This document shows, piece by piece, positions 1-9,788 of a DNA stretch of 32,000 nucleotides (position 1 is its first letter; each line of letters starts with the position of its first letter). Source of the DNA: Xanthomonas campestris pv. campestris str. ATCC 33913 (GTDB lineage Bacteria; Pseudomonadota; Gammaproteobacteria; Xanthomonadales; Xanthomonadaceae); assembly GCF_000007145.1 (NCBI RefSeq), contig NC_003902.1, forward strand, positions 460,325-492,324, read 5' to 3'. The translations under genes and the position numbers were made by a program. Under the pieces are notes generated by a model. The model made no database searches. It had not been told where the DNA came from and saw only the letters and a program-made list of their open reading frames with translations.

Positions 1-174
1 CTGCGCAGCACCGGGTGCACGTCGTGCAACAACATCGTGCGCAGCTGTTCCAGCGAAAACGGCGACTCCGCCAGGCAGCGCACGATGCGCGCGTGCATGG
101 CATCGACTGCGGTGTCCAGATACAGCTCGGCCATTGCCTCCCACACGCGGCGTTGCGCCGGCGTCGGGGTGTGC
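1..174 (-). CDS. conserved hypothetical protein, 5' part only (continues past the left edge)
   Basis: There is a minus-strand ATG at 174-172, 4 nt (175-178) downstream of the bioF stop, and the frame stays open to position 1. The translation is MHTPTPAQRRVWEAMAELYLDTAVDAMHARIVRCLAESPFSLEQLRTMLLHDVHPVLR. Third codon positions are strongly G/C-biased, like the neighbouring genes. It is absent from the ORF track because it is incomplete. Confidence 0.45.
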
Positions 175-178
175 ATAC

Positions 179-1384
179 TCAGGCCAGCGCGCGCTGCGGC
201 TGGCGGCTGACCACATCGCGCGCCTGCACGATGGCATCGACCAGGGCCTGCACCTGTTGCGGCGTGTGCAATGCCGACAACGTCACCCGCAGCCGCGCCT
301 TGCCTTCGGGCACGGTGGGCGGGCGGATTGCACCGACCATGAAGCCGGCTTGCTCCAGCGCCGCAGACATCGCCATCACGGTGGGTTCCTCGCCGCACAG
401 CAGCGGCTGGATGGGGGTGTCCGAGGCCATCAGTTCGAACCCATGCCGGCGCGCGCCATCGCGGAATGTGCCGATCAGTTCGGTCAGCCGCGTGCGGCGC
501 CAATCGTCGCGACGCGCCAGGCGCACCGCAGCCAGGGTGGCGGCCACCTGCGCGGGCGGCAGCGCGGTGGTGTAGATGTACGGGCGCGCGGTTTCGGCCA
601 GATGGCGGATCAGCGCTTCTTCGCCCACCACCACCGCGCCATAGCCGCCCAGGGCCTTGCCCAGGGTCACCAGTTGCAGCGGCACTTCGGCCACGCCGAG
701 CCCGGCATCGGCCACGCAACCGCGGCCCTGCGGCCCCAGCACGCCCACGCCGTGCGCATCGTCGACATAGAACAAGGCCTCCTGCATGCGCGCGACCAGG
801 CTCAGCGCACGCAGTGGCGCAACGTCGCCATCCATGCTGAAAACACCGTCGCTGGCGAGCATTGCCGCGCCCTCCGGCGCGCCCTTGAGCTGGCGCATCG
901 CGCCTTCCACATCCAGGTGCGGGTAGCGGCGCAACCGGCAGCCGGCCAGGCGCGTGGCATCCAGCAGGCTGGCGTGATTGAGCCGGTCCTGCACGCAGAC
1001 ATCGTCTTCTTCGCTGAGCAGCGCCTGCTGCACGGCCAGGTTGGCGATGAAGCCGCTGCCGAACAGCAGCGCCGACGGATAGCCCAGCCATTCGGCGATG
1101 TCGCGCTCCAGCGTTTCGTGCGCGGTGTGATGGCCGCAGATCAGATGCGAAGCAGTCGCCCCGGCACCATCGCGCGCGGCGGCATCCTGCAGCGCGGCCA
1201 CCACTTCGAACTGCTGCGACAGCCCCAGGTAATCGTTGGAGCAGAAACCGGTCAGCCAACGCCCATCGATTTCCAGGCGCACGCCGTCGCGGCGGCCCAC
1301 CTGCCGCCGCACCCGCACCCGCTCCTGGGCCACGCGCAATTTGCGCAGCGACGAAATCCGTTCGTGCAGATCGGGGCGAGCCAT
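179..1384 (-). CDS. bioF: 8-amino-7-oxononanoate synthase (biotin synthesis, PLP-dependent)
   Basis: This is a 401-aa ORF with BioF-type motifs NDYLGL, SGFIANL, SMDGD and the PLP-lysine region TLGKALG. It lies directly downstream of bioB on the same strand. Confidence 0.93.
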   Translation of the reverse strand: MARPDLHERISSLRKLRVAQERVRVRRQVGRRDGVRLEIDGRWLTGFCSNDYLGLSQQFEVVAALQDAAARDGAGATASHLICGHHTAHETLERDIAEWLGYPSALLFGSGFIANLAVQQALLSEEDDVCVQDRLNHASLLDATRLAGCRLRRYPHLDVEGAMRQLKGAPEGAAMLASDGVFSMDGDVAPLRALSLVARMQEALFYVDDAHGVGVLGPQGRGCVADAGLGVAEVPLQLVTLGKALGGYGAVVVGEEALIRHLAETARPYIYTTALPPAQVAATLAAVRLARRDDWRRTRLTELIGTFRDGARRHGFELMASDTPIQPLLCGEEPTVMAMSAALEQAGFMVGAIRPPTVPEGKARLRVTLSALHTPQQVQALVDAIVQARDVVSRQPQRALA

Positions 1385-1483
1385 GGCGTTCGTCGACAGC
1401 GGAAGAGGGCCGCTAGCGTAGCGTGCCGGGCCCAGCGCGCCCAGCCGGCACCGACGGCCGGTGCTAGCTGGGCGCTGATGCGG

Positions 1484-2518
1484 TCAGGCCGCGTGTTCGC
1501 ACGCCGCGCCGCAGGTGATGTCCGCATGCACGGTGCCGGGGTGGTCGTGCTCGGCGGCGTCGACGGTGATCTGCATCGGGCGCAGGCCCAGCCGCTGGAA
1601 CAACCCCTGGTCGCGCTCGGTATCAGGGTTGCCGGTGGTGAGCAGCTTTTCGCCGTAGAAGATCGAGTTGGCACCGGCCAGGAAGCACAGCGCCTGCAGT
1701 TCGTCGCTCATCGCCTCGCGGCCGGCGGACAGGCGCACCATCGACTTGGGCATGGCGATGCGCGCCACCGCGATCATGCGCACGAACTCGAATGCATCCA
1801 GGGGCTCGGTGCCGTGCAATGGAGTGCCGGGAACCTGCACCAACTGGTTGATCGGCACCGAGTCCGGGTGCGCTGGCAACGTTGCCAGCGCGTGCAACAA
1901 GCCGACGCGGTGCTCACGGGTTTCGCCCATGCCGACGATGCCGCCGCAGCAGGTCTTCAAGCCCACATCGCGCACGTGCTCCAGGGTGTTCAGGCGGTCT
2001 TGGTACTGGCGGGTGTGGATGATCGAGTCGTAGTAATCCGGCGCGGTGTCCAGATTGTGGTTGTAGTAGTCCAGCCCGGCGTCCTTGAGCGCGCGCGCCT
2101 GGCCGGCGTCGAGCATGCCCAGGGTGGCGCAGGTTTCCAGGCCCATCGCCTTCACCTCGCGGATCATGGCGGCCACCTTGGGGATGTCGCGGTCCTTGGG
2201 CGAGCGCCACGCCGCACCCATGCAGAAGCGCGAGGCGCCGGCGGCCTTTGCCTGGCGGGCCTTGGCCACCACGTCTTCGGTGTCCATCAGTTTCTGTGCG
2301 CTCACCCCGGTGTCGTAGCGCTGCGCCTGCGGGCAGTAGGCGCAATCTTCCGGGCAGCCGCCGGTCTTGACCGACAGCAGCGTGGAGACCTGCACCTCGG
2401 CCGGGTCGAAGTGGGCACGGTGCACGCTGGCGGCGCGATGCAGCAGCTCGGGAAACGGCAGCGCGAACAGCGCATGCAGTTCTTTGCGATCCCAGTCATG
2501 GCGGACGACAACGGACAT
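1484..2518 (-). CDS. bioB: biotin synthase (radical SAM)
   Basis: The ORF 1484-2584 contains the radical-SAM triad [10 protein letters not shown], plus YNHNLDT and a conserved C-terminal half. I moved the start to ATG 2518 ([14 protein letters not shown]...), which matches the usual BioB N-terminus. The 22 upstream codons look non-native. Confidence 0.95.
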   Translation of the reverse strand: MSVVVRHDWDRKELHALFALPFPELLHRAASVHRAHFDPAEVQVSTLLSVKTGGCPEDCAYCPQAQRYDTGVSAQKLMDTEDVVAKARQAKAAGASRFCMGAAWRSPKDRDIPKVAAMIREVKAMGLETCATLGMLDAGQARALKDAGLDYYNHNLDTAPDYYDSIIHTRQYQDRLNTLEHVRDVGLKTCCGGIVGMGETREHRVGLLHALATLPAHPDSVPINQLVQVPGTPLHGTEPLDAFEFVRMIAVARIAMPKSMVRLSAGREAMSDELQALCFLAGANSIFYGEKLLTTGNPDTERDQGLFQRLGLRPMQITVDAAEHDHPGTVHADITCGAACEHAA

Positions 2519-2567
2519 CGGGGTTTCCTGACAGTCAGCGGCTTGGAAGCCAGGCAGTCTGGTGAGC

Positions 2568-3293
2568 ATGGACGAGGCTGTCAACTTTACGCATCCGCAT
2601 TCGGTTTACAGGTGGCCACAACGGCTGCTGCGATTGCTGCTGCCATCGCTGTGCCTGGTGTGCGCGGAGTCGGGCACCGACGATTGCGACCTGTGCCCGT
2701 CCTGCCGGGCGGCGCTGCCAGACCATGGCACTGCCTGCGCGTGCTGTGCCACGCCGTTGTTTGCCGCTGCCGGGCTCCCGTTGTGCGGCCAGTGCCTGCA
2801 GCACCCGCCGCCGCTACAGCGCGCATATGCCTGCTTCACCTATCGCTGGCCGGTGGACGGGCTGCTGCGACGCTTCAAGTTCCATCAGGATCTGGCGGCC
2901 GGCCGGGTGCTGAGCGAACTGATGGCCGCGCGCTGTGCCGCCTTGCCGCGGCCACAGGCACTGGTGCCGGTGAGCCTGCACCGGCATCGGCTACGCCAGC
3001 GCGGTTACGACCAGGCGCTGGAGTTGGCCCGGCCGCTGGGCCGCGCACTGCAGCTGCCCTGCCTGCCGCTGCTGCGCCGCGTACGCGCCACCGCGCCACA
3101 GTCCGAACTGGATGCCGACGAGCGCCGACGCAATCTGCGTGATGCGTTTCTGGCGCATGGGCCGCTGCCCACCCATGTGGCGCTGGTGGACGACGTCATG
3201 ACCACGGGCGCCACCTTGCATGCAGCCGCACAGGCGCTGCGGCGCGCCGGTGTGCAGCGCGTGGACGCCTGGGTCTGCGCGCGGGTGCCGTGA
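2568..3293 (+). CDS. ComF-family protein (phosphoribosyltransferase domain, competence-protein-F-like)
   Basis: The N-terminus has Cys pairs (CLVC...CPSC...CACC...CGQC). The C-terminus has the PRTase motif [14 protein letters not shown]. The start is uncertain (GTG 2562 or ATG 2568), and the 5' end overlaps the candidate bio operator. Confidence 0.8.
   Translation: MDEAVNFTHPHSVYRWPQRLLRLLLPSLCLVCAESGTDDCDLCPSCRAALPDHGTACACCATPLFAAAGLPLCGQCLQHPPPLQRAYACFTYRWPVDGLLRRFKFHQDLAAGRVLSELMAARCAALPRPQALVPVSLHRHRLRQRGYDQALELARPLGRALQLPCLPLLRRVRATAPQSELDADERRRNLRDAFLAHGPLPTHVALVDDVMTTGATLHAAAQALRRAGVQRVDAWVCARVP
2578..2611. promoter_or_regulatory. candidate BirA-type biotin operator in the bioB/comF divergent region
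   Basis: An imperfect inverted repeat reads CTGTCAAC-N18-GTTTACAG. Its core TGTCAAC-N18-GTTTACA has the same half-site and spacing architecture as the TTGTAAACC-N14-GGTTTACAA consensus (recalled from memory). It lies 60-93 nt upstream of the bioB ATG. Confidence 0.35.
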
Positions 3294-3689
3294 GGGATGG
3301 TGGCTTGCGCGTTGTAGCGTTGCGCCGTGAGGCCTGGCCCGCAACGTTGTCGGCGACGGTCATCCAGTTGCGCCGCTATCGGTGTCATGACAACAACGCG
3401 CCGAGGCGACAGCGCGCCCGGGGATTGGCGCAGAGCGGCACATGGATGTGTCGCTGCGGCGAATCAGGCAGGATGTCTGACCGAGCCGAATAGCCGATCC
3501 CCGGGCGCGCTGTCGCAGCCCACCGAAGCCGGCGCCTGACAGGTGGAGCCATGCCGCAACCAAACCACTTTCCGCGCCCCGGCCCGCGGTTGCTGCGCGG
3601 GCGCTCCAAGGCGCACACCAGTGGCGGGCAACCTGTGTCTTCGCGGCCCCTGCGGGCTTAACGCGCGGCGCGATTAGCGCATCTACCCG

Positions 3690-4595
3690 CTAGCGCAACG
3701 CCAGCGACGCGGCGATGCCGACGAAGATCGCCAGGCCTACCCAGTTGTTATGCAGGAAGGCGCGGAAGCAGGGGCCGCGTTCGCGGTGGCGCGCGATGTG
3801 GAATTCGTAGGCCACCAGCAGCGCTGCGATGCCCAGCCCAGCCCAGTAAGCGATGCTGAGGCCGGCGCGCAAGCCCACCAGCACCAGGGCCGCGAACATC
3901 AGCGCATACAGCACGCCTTGCGCGATCAGGTCGTAACGGCCGAACAGGATGGCGGTGGACTTGCTGCCCATGCGGAGGTCGTCCTCGCGGTCGACCATGG
4001 CATACCAGGTGTCGTAGGCGGTGGCCCAGAGGATGTTGGCGGCGTATAGCAGCCAGGCCAGCAGCGGCACGCTGCCCTGCACGGCGGCGAAGCCCATCGG
4101 GATGCCCCAGCCGAACGCCATGCCCAGGTATACCTGCGGCAGATGGGTGTGGCGCTTCAGATAGGGATAGCTGGCGGCCAGAAACAGGCCGGGCACGCTC
4201 AGCGCCACGGTCAGCCAGTTGAGGCTGAGCACCAGCGCGAAGGCGACCAGCATCAACACCACGAACACCCACAGCGCCTCGCGGCCGGAGACCGCGCCGG
4301 TGGCGAGCGGACGCGACTTTGTGCGCTCTACGTGCGGATCCAGCCAGCGGTCGGCGTAGTCGTTGATCACGCAGCCGGCCGAACGGGTCAGCCAGACGCC
4401 AGCGGTGAACACGAACAAGGTCCACAACGGCGGCAGGCCCCCGGCCGCCAGCCACAGCGCCCACCAGGTGGGCCAGAGCAGCAGCAGGCTGCCGATCGGG
4501 CGGTCACCACGGACCAACTTCCAATACTGTCCCAGGCGCTCTGGCCACGTCAGCGCAGGGGCCATGGGCACGTTCTTGAAACCTTGCTTGCTCAT
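3690..4595 (-). CDS. ubiA: 4-hydroxybenzoate polyprenyltransferase
   Basis: This is a 301-aa polytopic membrane protein. It has the UbiA Asp-rich motif [23 protein letters not shown] and a second motif [13 protein letters not shown]. Confidence 0.9.
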   Translation of the reverse strand: MSKQGFKNVPMAPALTWPERLGQYWKLVRGDRPIGSLLLLWPTWWALWLAAGGLPPLWTLFVFTAGVWLTRSAGCVINDYADRWLDPHVERTKSRPLATGAVSGREALWVFVVLMLVAFALVLSLNWLTVALSVPGLFLAASYPYLKRHTHLPQVYLGMAFGWGIPMGFAAVQGSVPLLAWLLYAANILWATAYDTWYAMVDREDDLRMGSKSTAILFGRYDLIAQGVLYALMFAALVLVGLRAGLSIAYWAGLGIAALLVAYEFHIARHRERGPCFRAFLHNNWVGLAIFVGIAASLALR

Positions 4596-4859
4596 GCTGC
4601 AAAGGGTAGCAGCGCCGCTTGGCCGCGGTCATGCGCTTGATGGTGTGGACGTCGCTGTTGGCTGCGGTTGGGCGCGCTTTTGAAGTGGGTTTTCAGGTGC
4701 GGGGCGCTGCAGCGCTGGAGGGATAGCCCCATCTTTGCGACCGCGCCGATAGATGAGGATGCGCTTCGGCTGGTGTGCGCGGAGGGATGCGCGCCGGGAA
4801 GCGGGCCACGGCCCAGGGATCACGCGCATGGCGCCGGTTCTGGCATAATGCGCGGCCAG

Positions 4860-4936
4860 GCGCTCGTAGCTCAGCCGGATAGAGTAGTGGCTTCCGAAGC
4901 CATTGGTCGGGGGTTCGAATCCCTCCGGGCGCACCA
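4860..4936 (+). tRNA. tRNA-Arg (anticodon CCG)
   Basis: I folded a 77-nt cloverleaf by hand. The acceptor is GCGCTCG/CGGGCGC, the D arm GCTC-AGCCGGATA-GAGT and the anticodon arm GTGGC-TTCCGAA-GCCAT (anticodon CCG). The variable loop is TGGTC, the T arm is GGGGG-TTCGAAT-CCCTC, and the CCA end is encoded. Confidence 0.93.
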
Positions 4937-4938
4937 GA
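4914..4938 (+). repeat. attL-like direct repeat (3' end of tRNA-Arg)
   Basis: TTCGAATCCCTCCGGGCGCACCAGA recurs at 17696-17720 as TCCGAATCCCTTCGGGCGCACCAGA (23/25 identical). Confidence 0.75.
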
Positions 4939-4971
4939 TGAACCCTCCGGGACATCCAAGAAAGTCCAAAA

Positions 4972-4995
4972 CCCCCGAGAAATCGGGGGTTTTTG
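4972..4995 (+). terminator. rho-independent terminator after the tRNA (island-borne)
   Basis: Stem CCCCCGA/TCGGGGG with loop GAAA, followed by TTTTTG. Confidence 0.7.
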
Positions 4996-5095
4996 TTGCC
5001 TGAGGTTTTCCTAGGTCCACCATGATCCATTGAAATCCAGGCTCGTAGGGGCATAGATGGGGGCACCAGCCCCCAGTGCGAAAGCGGATGCCCCC

Positions 5096-5492
5096 ATGCC
5101 CCTGAGTGACGCCGCAGTGCGTAACGCAACGCCCGCTGACAAGCCCGTGAGACTGTTCGACGGCGGCGGCTTGTATGTCGAGATCTCGCCGAAAGGCGCC
5201 AAGCTATGGCGATGGAAGTATCGCTTTGGCGGTAAGGAGAAGCGCTTGGCACTGGGGGTCTACCCAGAGGTCAGCCTGGCGGAGGTGCGAGCGCAGCATC
5301 TGGAAGCACGCAAAGTCCTCCGGTCCGGCATTGACCCAGGTGAGAAGAGGAGGGTCGACAGGCTGGTGCGCGTTGATCGGTCCCAGCTCAGCTTTGCAGC
5401 TGTCGCTGCAGAGCTCCTGGCCCTGCATGGCAAGAAGAATTCCGTCCTGACGATGAAGCGCAATGGCAGGATCGTCGAAAAGGACCTCAACC
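5096..5492 (+). pseudogene. P4-type tyrosine integrase, N-terminal arm-binding (DUF4102-like) fragment only
   Basis: MPLSDAAVRNATPADKPVRLFDGGGLYVEISPKGAKLWRWKYRFGGKEKRLALGVYPEVSLAEVRAQHLEARKVLRSGIDPGEKRR is the typical N-terminus of tRNA-associated island integrases. The reading frame is cut at 5492/5493 by the IS terminal repeat. No catalytic domain is present anywhere in the window. Confidence 0.85.
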
Positions 5493-6842
5493 CTGAGGTT
5501 TCCCCACATTTCCTCCTGGCAAATCAATCACTTGCGACGTAATTGCCTGGAAGAAAGTGCGCGCATGGCGCAATCTTCAAGGTGACTAAGCCAGAGAAGG
5601 TTGACGACCATGCGCGCCAGCGAAGTATTGCAGAAGTGCCTGCCCAACTCACTGTCCGGGATGCATGCGTTGCGCGAACGCGCGTTGCTGCATGCGGTCG
5701 AGGCGTTGTTGCACGGACGCAGGCTGACACTGATGGACATCGCACGTTCGTGGCCGAGCGCACTGCGGGTGCGCGCGCCGCTCAAGGCAGTTGATCGCCT
5801 GTTGAGTAATCGCAATTTGCAGGTCGAGCGATCAGTGATCGACCACGAGATGGCAGCACTGGCTGCTGCGCGGCGCGCAGCCGGTAATCGTCATCGACTG
5901 GAGCGATCTGAAGCCAGACAAATCGTGGTGTCTGCTGCGCGCAGCGGTGCCGGTGGGCGGCCGCACGCTTACCTTGCTGGACATGGTAGTGCCAGGAAAG
6001 CAGCAGGGATCGCCTGGTGCAGAAAGACGCTTCTTGCAACAACTGAGGGCACTGGTTCCGGACGATGTTCGCCCGATCCTGGTCACTGACGCCGGCTTCC
6101 GGACACCGTGGTTCCGCGCTGTATCGGCCATGGGCTGGTGTTGGGTTGGGCGACTGCGCGGGCGCACGCAAGTCAAGCCGCAGGACGTGCGGGATGAAGC
6201 AGATCAGTGGATCGACAGCCGGAAACTGCATGTGTTGGCGTCCAATCGTGCATGCGAGTTACCGCCGATGCAGGCCAATCGCAGCGATCCACTCGATTGC
6301 AGGTTGGTGATTTACGCCAAGGCACGGCAAGGGCGCAAACAGTGCAATCGCCGCTCACCCGCCAAAGTCTCGCGTGCGTCATCGAGTCTGAAGGCCGCAG
6401 CGCGCGAGCGCGAGCCTTGGCTCATCGTTGCATCCCCGCAGCTGCAGGCGCCCAGCGCAAAGCAGTTGGTCAATGTGTACGCACGACGGATGCAGATCGA
6501 GCTTGCATTTCGCGATCTGAAATCACATCGCTACGGCCAGGCGCTGGAAGACAGTTTGACCCGACGCGGCGAGCGACTGCAGATCCTGCTGCTGATCAAT
6601 ACGTTGGCTGCATTCGCCAGCTGGTTGGCGGGGCTGGGATGCGAAGCGACCGGTATCGCCCAGTGGCTGTCTCCTCGCAACAGCACACGCAAGCTTTACT
6701 CCACGCTACGCATCGGCCGAGAAGCGCTGGTCAGGCAGTGGCCGATGGAACCCGTCTCACGGGGATAGGGCGCTTGCGCGCACTGCCTGCGGCAGTACGC
6801 GGGCAGATGATGCTTACGGTGTAAAACGTGGGGATACCTTAG
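5493..6842 (+). mobile_element. IS4-family insertion sequence (IS10-like termini), 1350 bp
   Basis: The terminal inverted repeats are CTGAGGTTTCCCCACATTTCC (5493-5513) and the reverse complement of 6822-6842, CTAAGGTATCCCCACGTTTTA. They match at 16/21 positions (16 of the first 19). The element encloses a transposase with the IS4 YREK signature. Confidence 0.85.
5610..6768 (+). pseudogene. IS4-family DDE transposase, frameshifted
   Basis: The N-terminal part is in frame 3 (MRASEVLQKCLPNSLSGMHALRERALLHAVEALLHGRRLTL...RLLSNRNLQVERSVIDHEMA). The continuation is in frame 1 (HWLLRGAQPVIVIDWSDLKPDKSWCLLRAAVPVGGRTLTLLDMVVP...). The frame change lies between the frame-1 stop at 5836-5838 and about 5880. 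The Y-x2-R-x3-E-x6-K motif is YARRMQIELAFRDLK. IS4-family elements do not use programmed frameshifting. Confidence 0.8.
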
Positions 6843-7124
6843 TATCTGGACCGATTGAGGTACTTGTAACAGAGGGGTATCGGTGTGCGTGGCAGCACTG
6901 CATTCGGAAGCGGTATAGCTGTCGCGTTTCGCACGCACCTGGAGCGTGTCCAATGTCCAGCTGTTGAATGCCGGCTCGGAAGTTTGGGGTGATGCAGGAT
7001 CTTGTGCTGACACTGCGTCCTGGTTGAGCGAAGGCGCGGCGAGCAGTGCGGGCGAAGCGAGAGCAGCCGCAAGCGCGAACGCCAGGCGGGAGGGAGCGGA
7101 CGGTGTGGCCCTGGAGGGATGCAT
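6843..7124 (-). pseudogene. TonB-dependent siderophore-type receptor, N-terminal fragment (signal peptide plus start of plug)
   Basis: The minus-strand ATG is at 7124. The fragment reads MHPSRATPSAPSRLAFALAAALASPALLAAPSLNQD...TLDTLQVRAKRDSYTASECSAATHTDTPLLQVPQSVQI. The frame runs straight into the IS terminal repeat at 6842. Confidence 0.75.
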
Positions 7125-7168
7125 GGAAACTCCAACAATGAGCGGGAAGGTCGAGATGTGACTGGCCA

Positions 7169-9304
7169 TCAGAAACGATGGTCCACGGTGAACTCGACGC
7201 GCCTGTCGGCACCCCGCAGCCACTGGGTATCGGTGTAATAAGCCGTTTCGTAGAACGTCTTGTCGAAGGCATTGAAGACGCGGGCGGTCAGTCGGGTGGC
7301 TGGGCGGGCCTGCCAGGAGACCGTGACATCCGTGGTGGCATAGCCCGGAAGTTGCAACGTATTGGCAGTGTCCGCATAGCGCTTTCCGACATACCGAACA
7401 CCCGTGGCGACCGTCCAGTCTGTAGCCACCTGCCAGCTCACCCACGCATTGGCCAAGCGCTCGGCGACGTTGGGCGGCACGTTGCCATCCCGAGAGACCG
7501 CGATGACCGGCGAACCAGTGGTCTCCAGAAAATCTTCGAACTCTGCCTTCAGCACGGTGGCGTTGAGATCCAGCGACCATGCCGGCGCGAAGACCCATGC
7601 CAAGGACGCCTCCACCCCCTTGGACGTTTGTGCGCCCACCTGGACACGTCGGTCCGGGTTCAAGGGGTCGCGGCTAAGCAAACCGGTCTTGCGAATGCGA
7701 TAGGCAGCCAAGGTCCACTCGCCGCCATCAAAGCCCTGTTTGAAGCCAACTTCCACCTGCTTGCCTCTGGATAGATCAAATGCCCCGTTGTTCGGACTGA
7801 TCATTAGCAGACCACTGATCGGGTCAGACGCTTGAGAGAACTGGGCGTAAAGCGTGGACGTTGGCCGGAGTGCAAACACCGTTCCGGTACGCCAGCCGGT
7901 ATTTGAGTAAGTCTTTGAGAACGTCCGCTGCCCGCTGATCAGGTCGGTGCGCTGAACAATGGCACGGTCATGGCGGAGGCCTGCCAAGATGGACCAGCGG
8001 TCGGTCAGCGCCAAACGGTCTTCAAGGAAGAGCGAGTATTGCTCGGCGCTGTTGCGATACCGGGGGATATTCGGCGCGTCGCTAATGAACCGGCCCGGCA
8101 CCGGATTGAACAGGTCCACCGGCCCGGAACTTCCCGAGTAGGTGTTATTGGTGTGCTTGAAGTGGGCTCGGTTGGCATCTACGCCAACGGCAAAGGTGTT
8201 GTCCATGTGGCCAAGACCACCCCGCAACCGCAGCGTGGAGGTCAGACCGGTCTGGTCCTGGTTGTGCGTGATCTGCGTGTTGTCGGAGCGGTCGATCAGC
8301 CCGGTTGTCGCGTTATAGACGTAGGCCTCGGCATTGCGCCAATCGCGCTGGCTGTCGACCTGGTAAAGGCGCGTGCGCCATTCAACCGTATTGTTGGGCG
8401 TCCACACCGCGTCGAGCTGGCTCCAACGGTCTCGGAACCGGATGACGCTGTCAGAGACGTTGTAGTTTTCGTGGCGCAACGCATTCAGCTGTTGGCCGTC
8501 CACCAATGGCGTGCCGAAGTAACGCATGGGGCGTTGATAGCCTTCTGCATGCGTCAGTGTGAATTGCAGGTCCGGCCGCGCTTGCCAGAGCAATGCGCCC
8601 GAGAAGGTGGCATCACCGTTGTAGCCACGATCCACCCAGCCGCTACTGTAATTGCCACTGACATCCAGCCGGTAGGCGAGGTTGGAGCTCAACGCGCCCC
8701 CGCTGCCGACCCCCAGTCGTGCCGTGTCCTGGCTGCCCACGGTAGCTCGAAGCTCGTTTTCCACCGGGCCAAAGTGAGGCTTCTTGGGCACGATGTTGAC
8801 TACGCCCCCGATCGCGCCGTCGCCATAGATGACGGAGGCCGGGCCACGCAACACTTCGATGCGTTCGATCGACCACGTGTCAAAAGGGAACGTGACTCCC
8901 ACGCCGCCGTACTGTCGGATGCCGTCATACAGACGCATGACCGACGCACTGTCGGTAAAACCACGGCTGGATAGGGCACTCAGGCCATTGCCTGGATGAG
9001 GCATCGCGCTGATGGCACCGGCCCAGGTGATAGCATTGTTTAGGTTGGCATTGCCGCGTGCGTTCAGTTGCTCACGCAAGATAACGGTCAGGCTTGCAGG
9101 AGTATCGAGCACGCTCAGACCGAGTGCCGAACCGGTCGAACTGATGTCAGTCAATGTGCCTGCGCGATCGTCGACGACCCGGACCGTGTCGAGCGTTCGG
9201 GGCGCTGGGCCTTGTTGTGCCAAGACTCCAGTGGAATGCAGCAGGAATGGAACGAGAGCCAAGGCTAGGCGTCCCGGACGGAGGACCGAGGGAAAGGAAT
9301 GCAT
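7169..9304 (-). CDS. TonB-dependent receptor, siderophore/metallophore type
   Basis: I set the start at ATG 9304 (MHSFPSVLRPGRLALALVPFLLHSTGVLAQQ signal peptide). The TonB-box-like sequence is TLDTVRVV, and the plug motifs are SSRGF...RLYDGIR...IERIEVLRGPASVIYG. A long beta-barrel ends in the terminal aromatic residue (...FTVDHRF). Confidence 0.9.
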   Translation of the reverse strand: MHSFPSVLRPGRLALALVPFLLHSTGVLAQQGPAPRTLDTVRVVDDRAGTLTDISSTGSALGLSVLDTPASLTVILREQLNARGNANLNNAITWAGAISAMPHPGNGLSALSSRGFTDSASVMRLYDGIRQYGGVGVTFPFDTWSIERIEVLRGPASVIYGDGAIGGVVNIVPKKPHFGPVENELRATVGSQDTARLGVGSGGALSSNLAYRLDVSGNYSSGWVDRGYNGDATFSGALLWQARPDLQFTLTHAEGYQRPMRYFGTPLVDGQQLNALRHENYNVSDSVIRFRDRWSQLDAVWTPNNTVEWRTRLYQVDSQRDWRNAEAYVYNATTGLIDRSDNTQITHNQDQTGLTSTLRLRGGLGHMDNTFAVGVDANRAHFKHTNNTYSGSSGPVDLFNPVPGRFISDAPNIPRYRNSAEQYSLFLEDRLALTDRWSILAGLRHDRAIVQRTDLISGQRTFSKTYSNTGWRTGTVFALRPTSTLYAQFSQASDPISGLLMISPNNGAFDLSRGKQVEVGFKQGFDGGEWTLAAYRIRKTGLLSRDPLNPDRRVQVGAQTSKGVEASLAWVFAPAWSLDLNATVLKAEFEDFLETTGSPVIAVSRDGNVPPNVAERLANAWVSWQVATDWTVATGVRYVGKRYADTANTLQLPGYATTDVTVSWQARPATRLTARVFNAFDKTFYETAYYTDTQWLRGADRRVEFTVDHRF

Positions 9305-9360
9305 GGGTGGTTCCAGGTGGAATAGCGCCGTGGGCGCAAGCGGGCGTTGTTTGAGAACGA

Positions 9361-9765
9361 CTACGCCGCCATCGGAGGGCCACGTGGACGATGCGCGGTG
9401 CTGCTGGCGAACCGCGGGACATTCGACGCACAAACGTCACTGCCGGCTGAGGCATGAGTGGGAGCGGCACGCCTCCAGGTCCAGTCATGCGGGGTGAGAA
9501 GAAGCGCTGCCAGCAGGCAGTGCTCGCAAGCAGCGTCGTGGGGCAGGGCGTGCTTGCCTAATTGGATTTGCCCTTCGCGACTACCCAGGGCCAGCGTGGC
9601 CGGTTTGGTTGCCAGCTGGTGGCCCGTCTCGCACATGGCCTCCATGACCATCTGCTGCGGCAGCGATTCAACCCACCGGCTGACAACCGGCGCAACCACC
9701 AGCAGCAAGGCCGCCATGGCGGCCCAGCTGCGGATAGCGTGGGCAAGGAATCTTCGAAGAGCCAT
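9361..9765 (-). CDS. DUF2946-like small membrane protein (copy 1)
   Basis: The start is ATG 9765 (MALRRFLAHAIRSWAAMAALLLVVAPVVSR...). It has an N-terminal TM helix, the motif HDAACEHCLL and a C-terminal RGPP. This pattern is as I recall it for DUF2946 proteins that accompany TBDRs. It lies 56 nt upstream of the TBDR and 23 nt downstream of the SOD gene. Confidence 0.6.
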   Translation of the reverse strand: MALRRFLAHAIRSWAAMAALLLVVAPVVSRWVESLPQQMVMEAMCETGHQLATKPATLALGSREGQIQLGKHALPHDAACEHCLLAALLLTPHDWTWRRAAPTHASAGSDVCASNVPRFASSTAHRPRGPPMAA

Positions 9766-9788
9766 GGGCGTGGGCGAGGATTGGCCGG

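Noticed and set aside
134-3142. A 1002-aa plus-strand ORF spans the bioF, bioB and ComF-family region.
   Set aside because: It runs antisense to two well-supported genes. Its composition is Ala/Arg/Gly/His-rich and low-complexity, which is typical of shadow ORFs in high-GC DNA. It has no recognisable motif.
4942-4950. A second copy of CCCTCCGGG lies just after the tRNA (the first is at 4921-4929).
   Set aside because: It is only 9 nt and G/C-rich, and the 25-nt repeat at 17696-17720 already explains the boundaries. It is probably coincidental, or at most part of the att core.
6696-7598. A 300-aa minus-strand ORF runs across the TBDR 3' end, the TBDR stump and the IS end.
   Set aside because: It is a composite. 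Only codons from ATG 7124 down to 6843 look like a genuine TBDR N-terminus. Upstream it overlaps the real TBDR in another frame, and downstream it reads into the IS inverted repeat.
9305-9360. I searched for a Fur box in front of the siderophore-type TBDR and of the minus-strand cluster (also 10494-10977 and 11467-11700).
   Set aside because: I could find no convincing GATAATGATAATCATTATC-like 19-mer by eye. Only short A/T patches are present. A PWM scan would be needed before claiming or excluding one.
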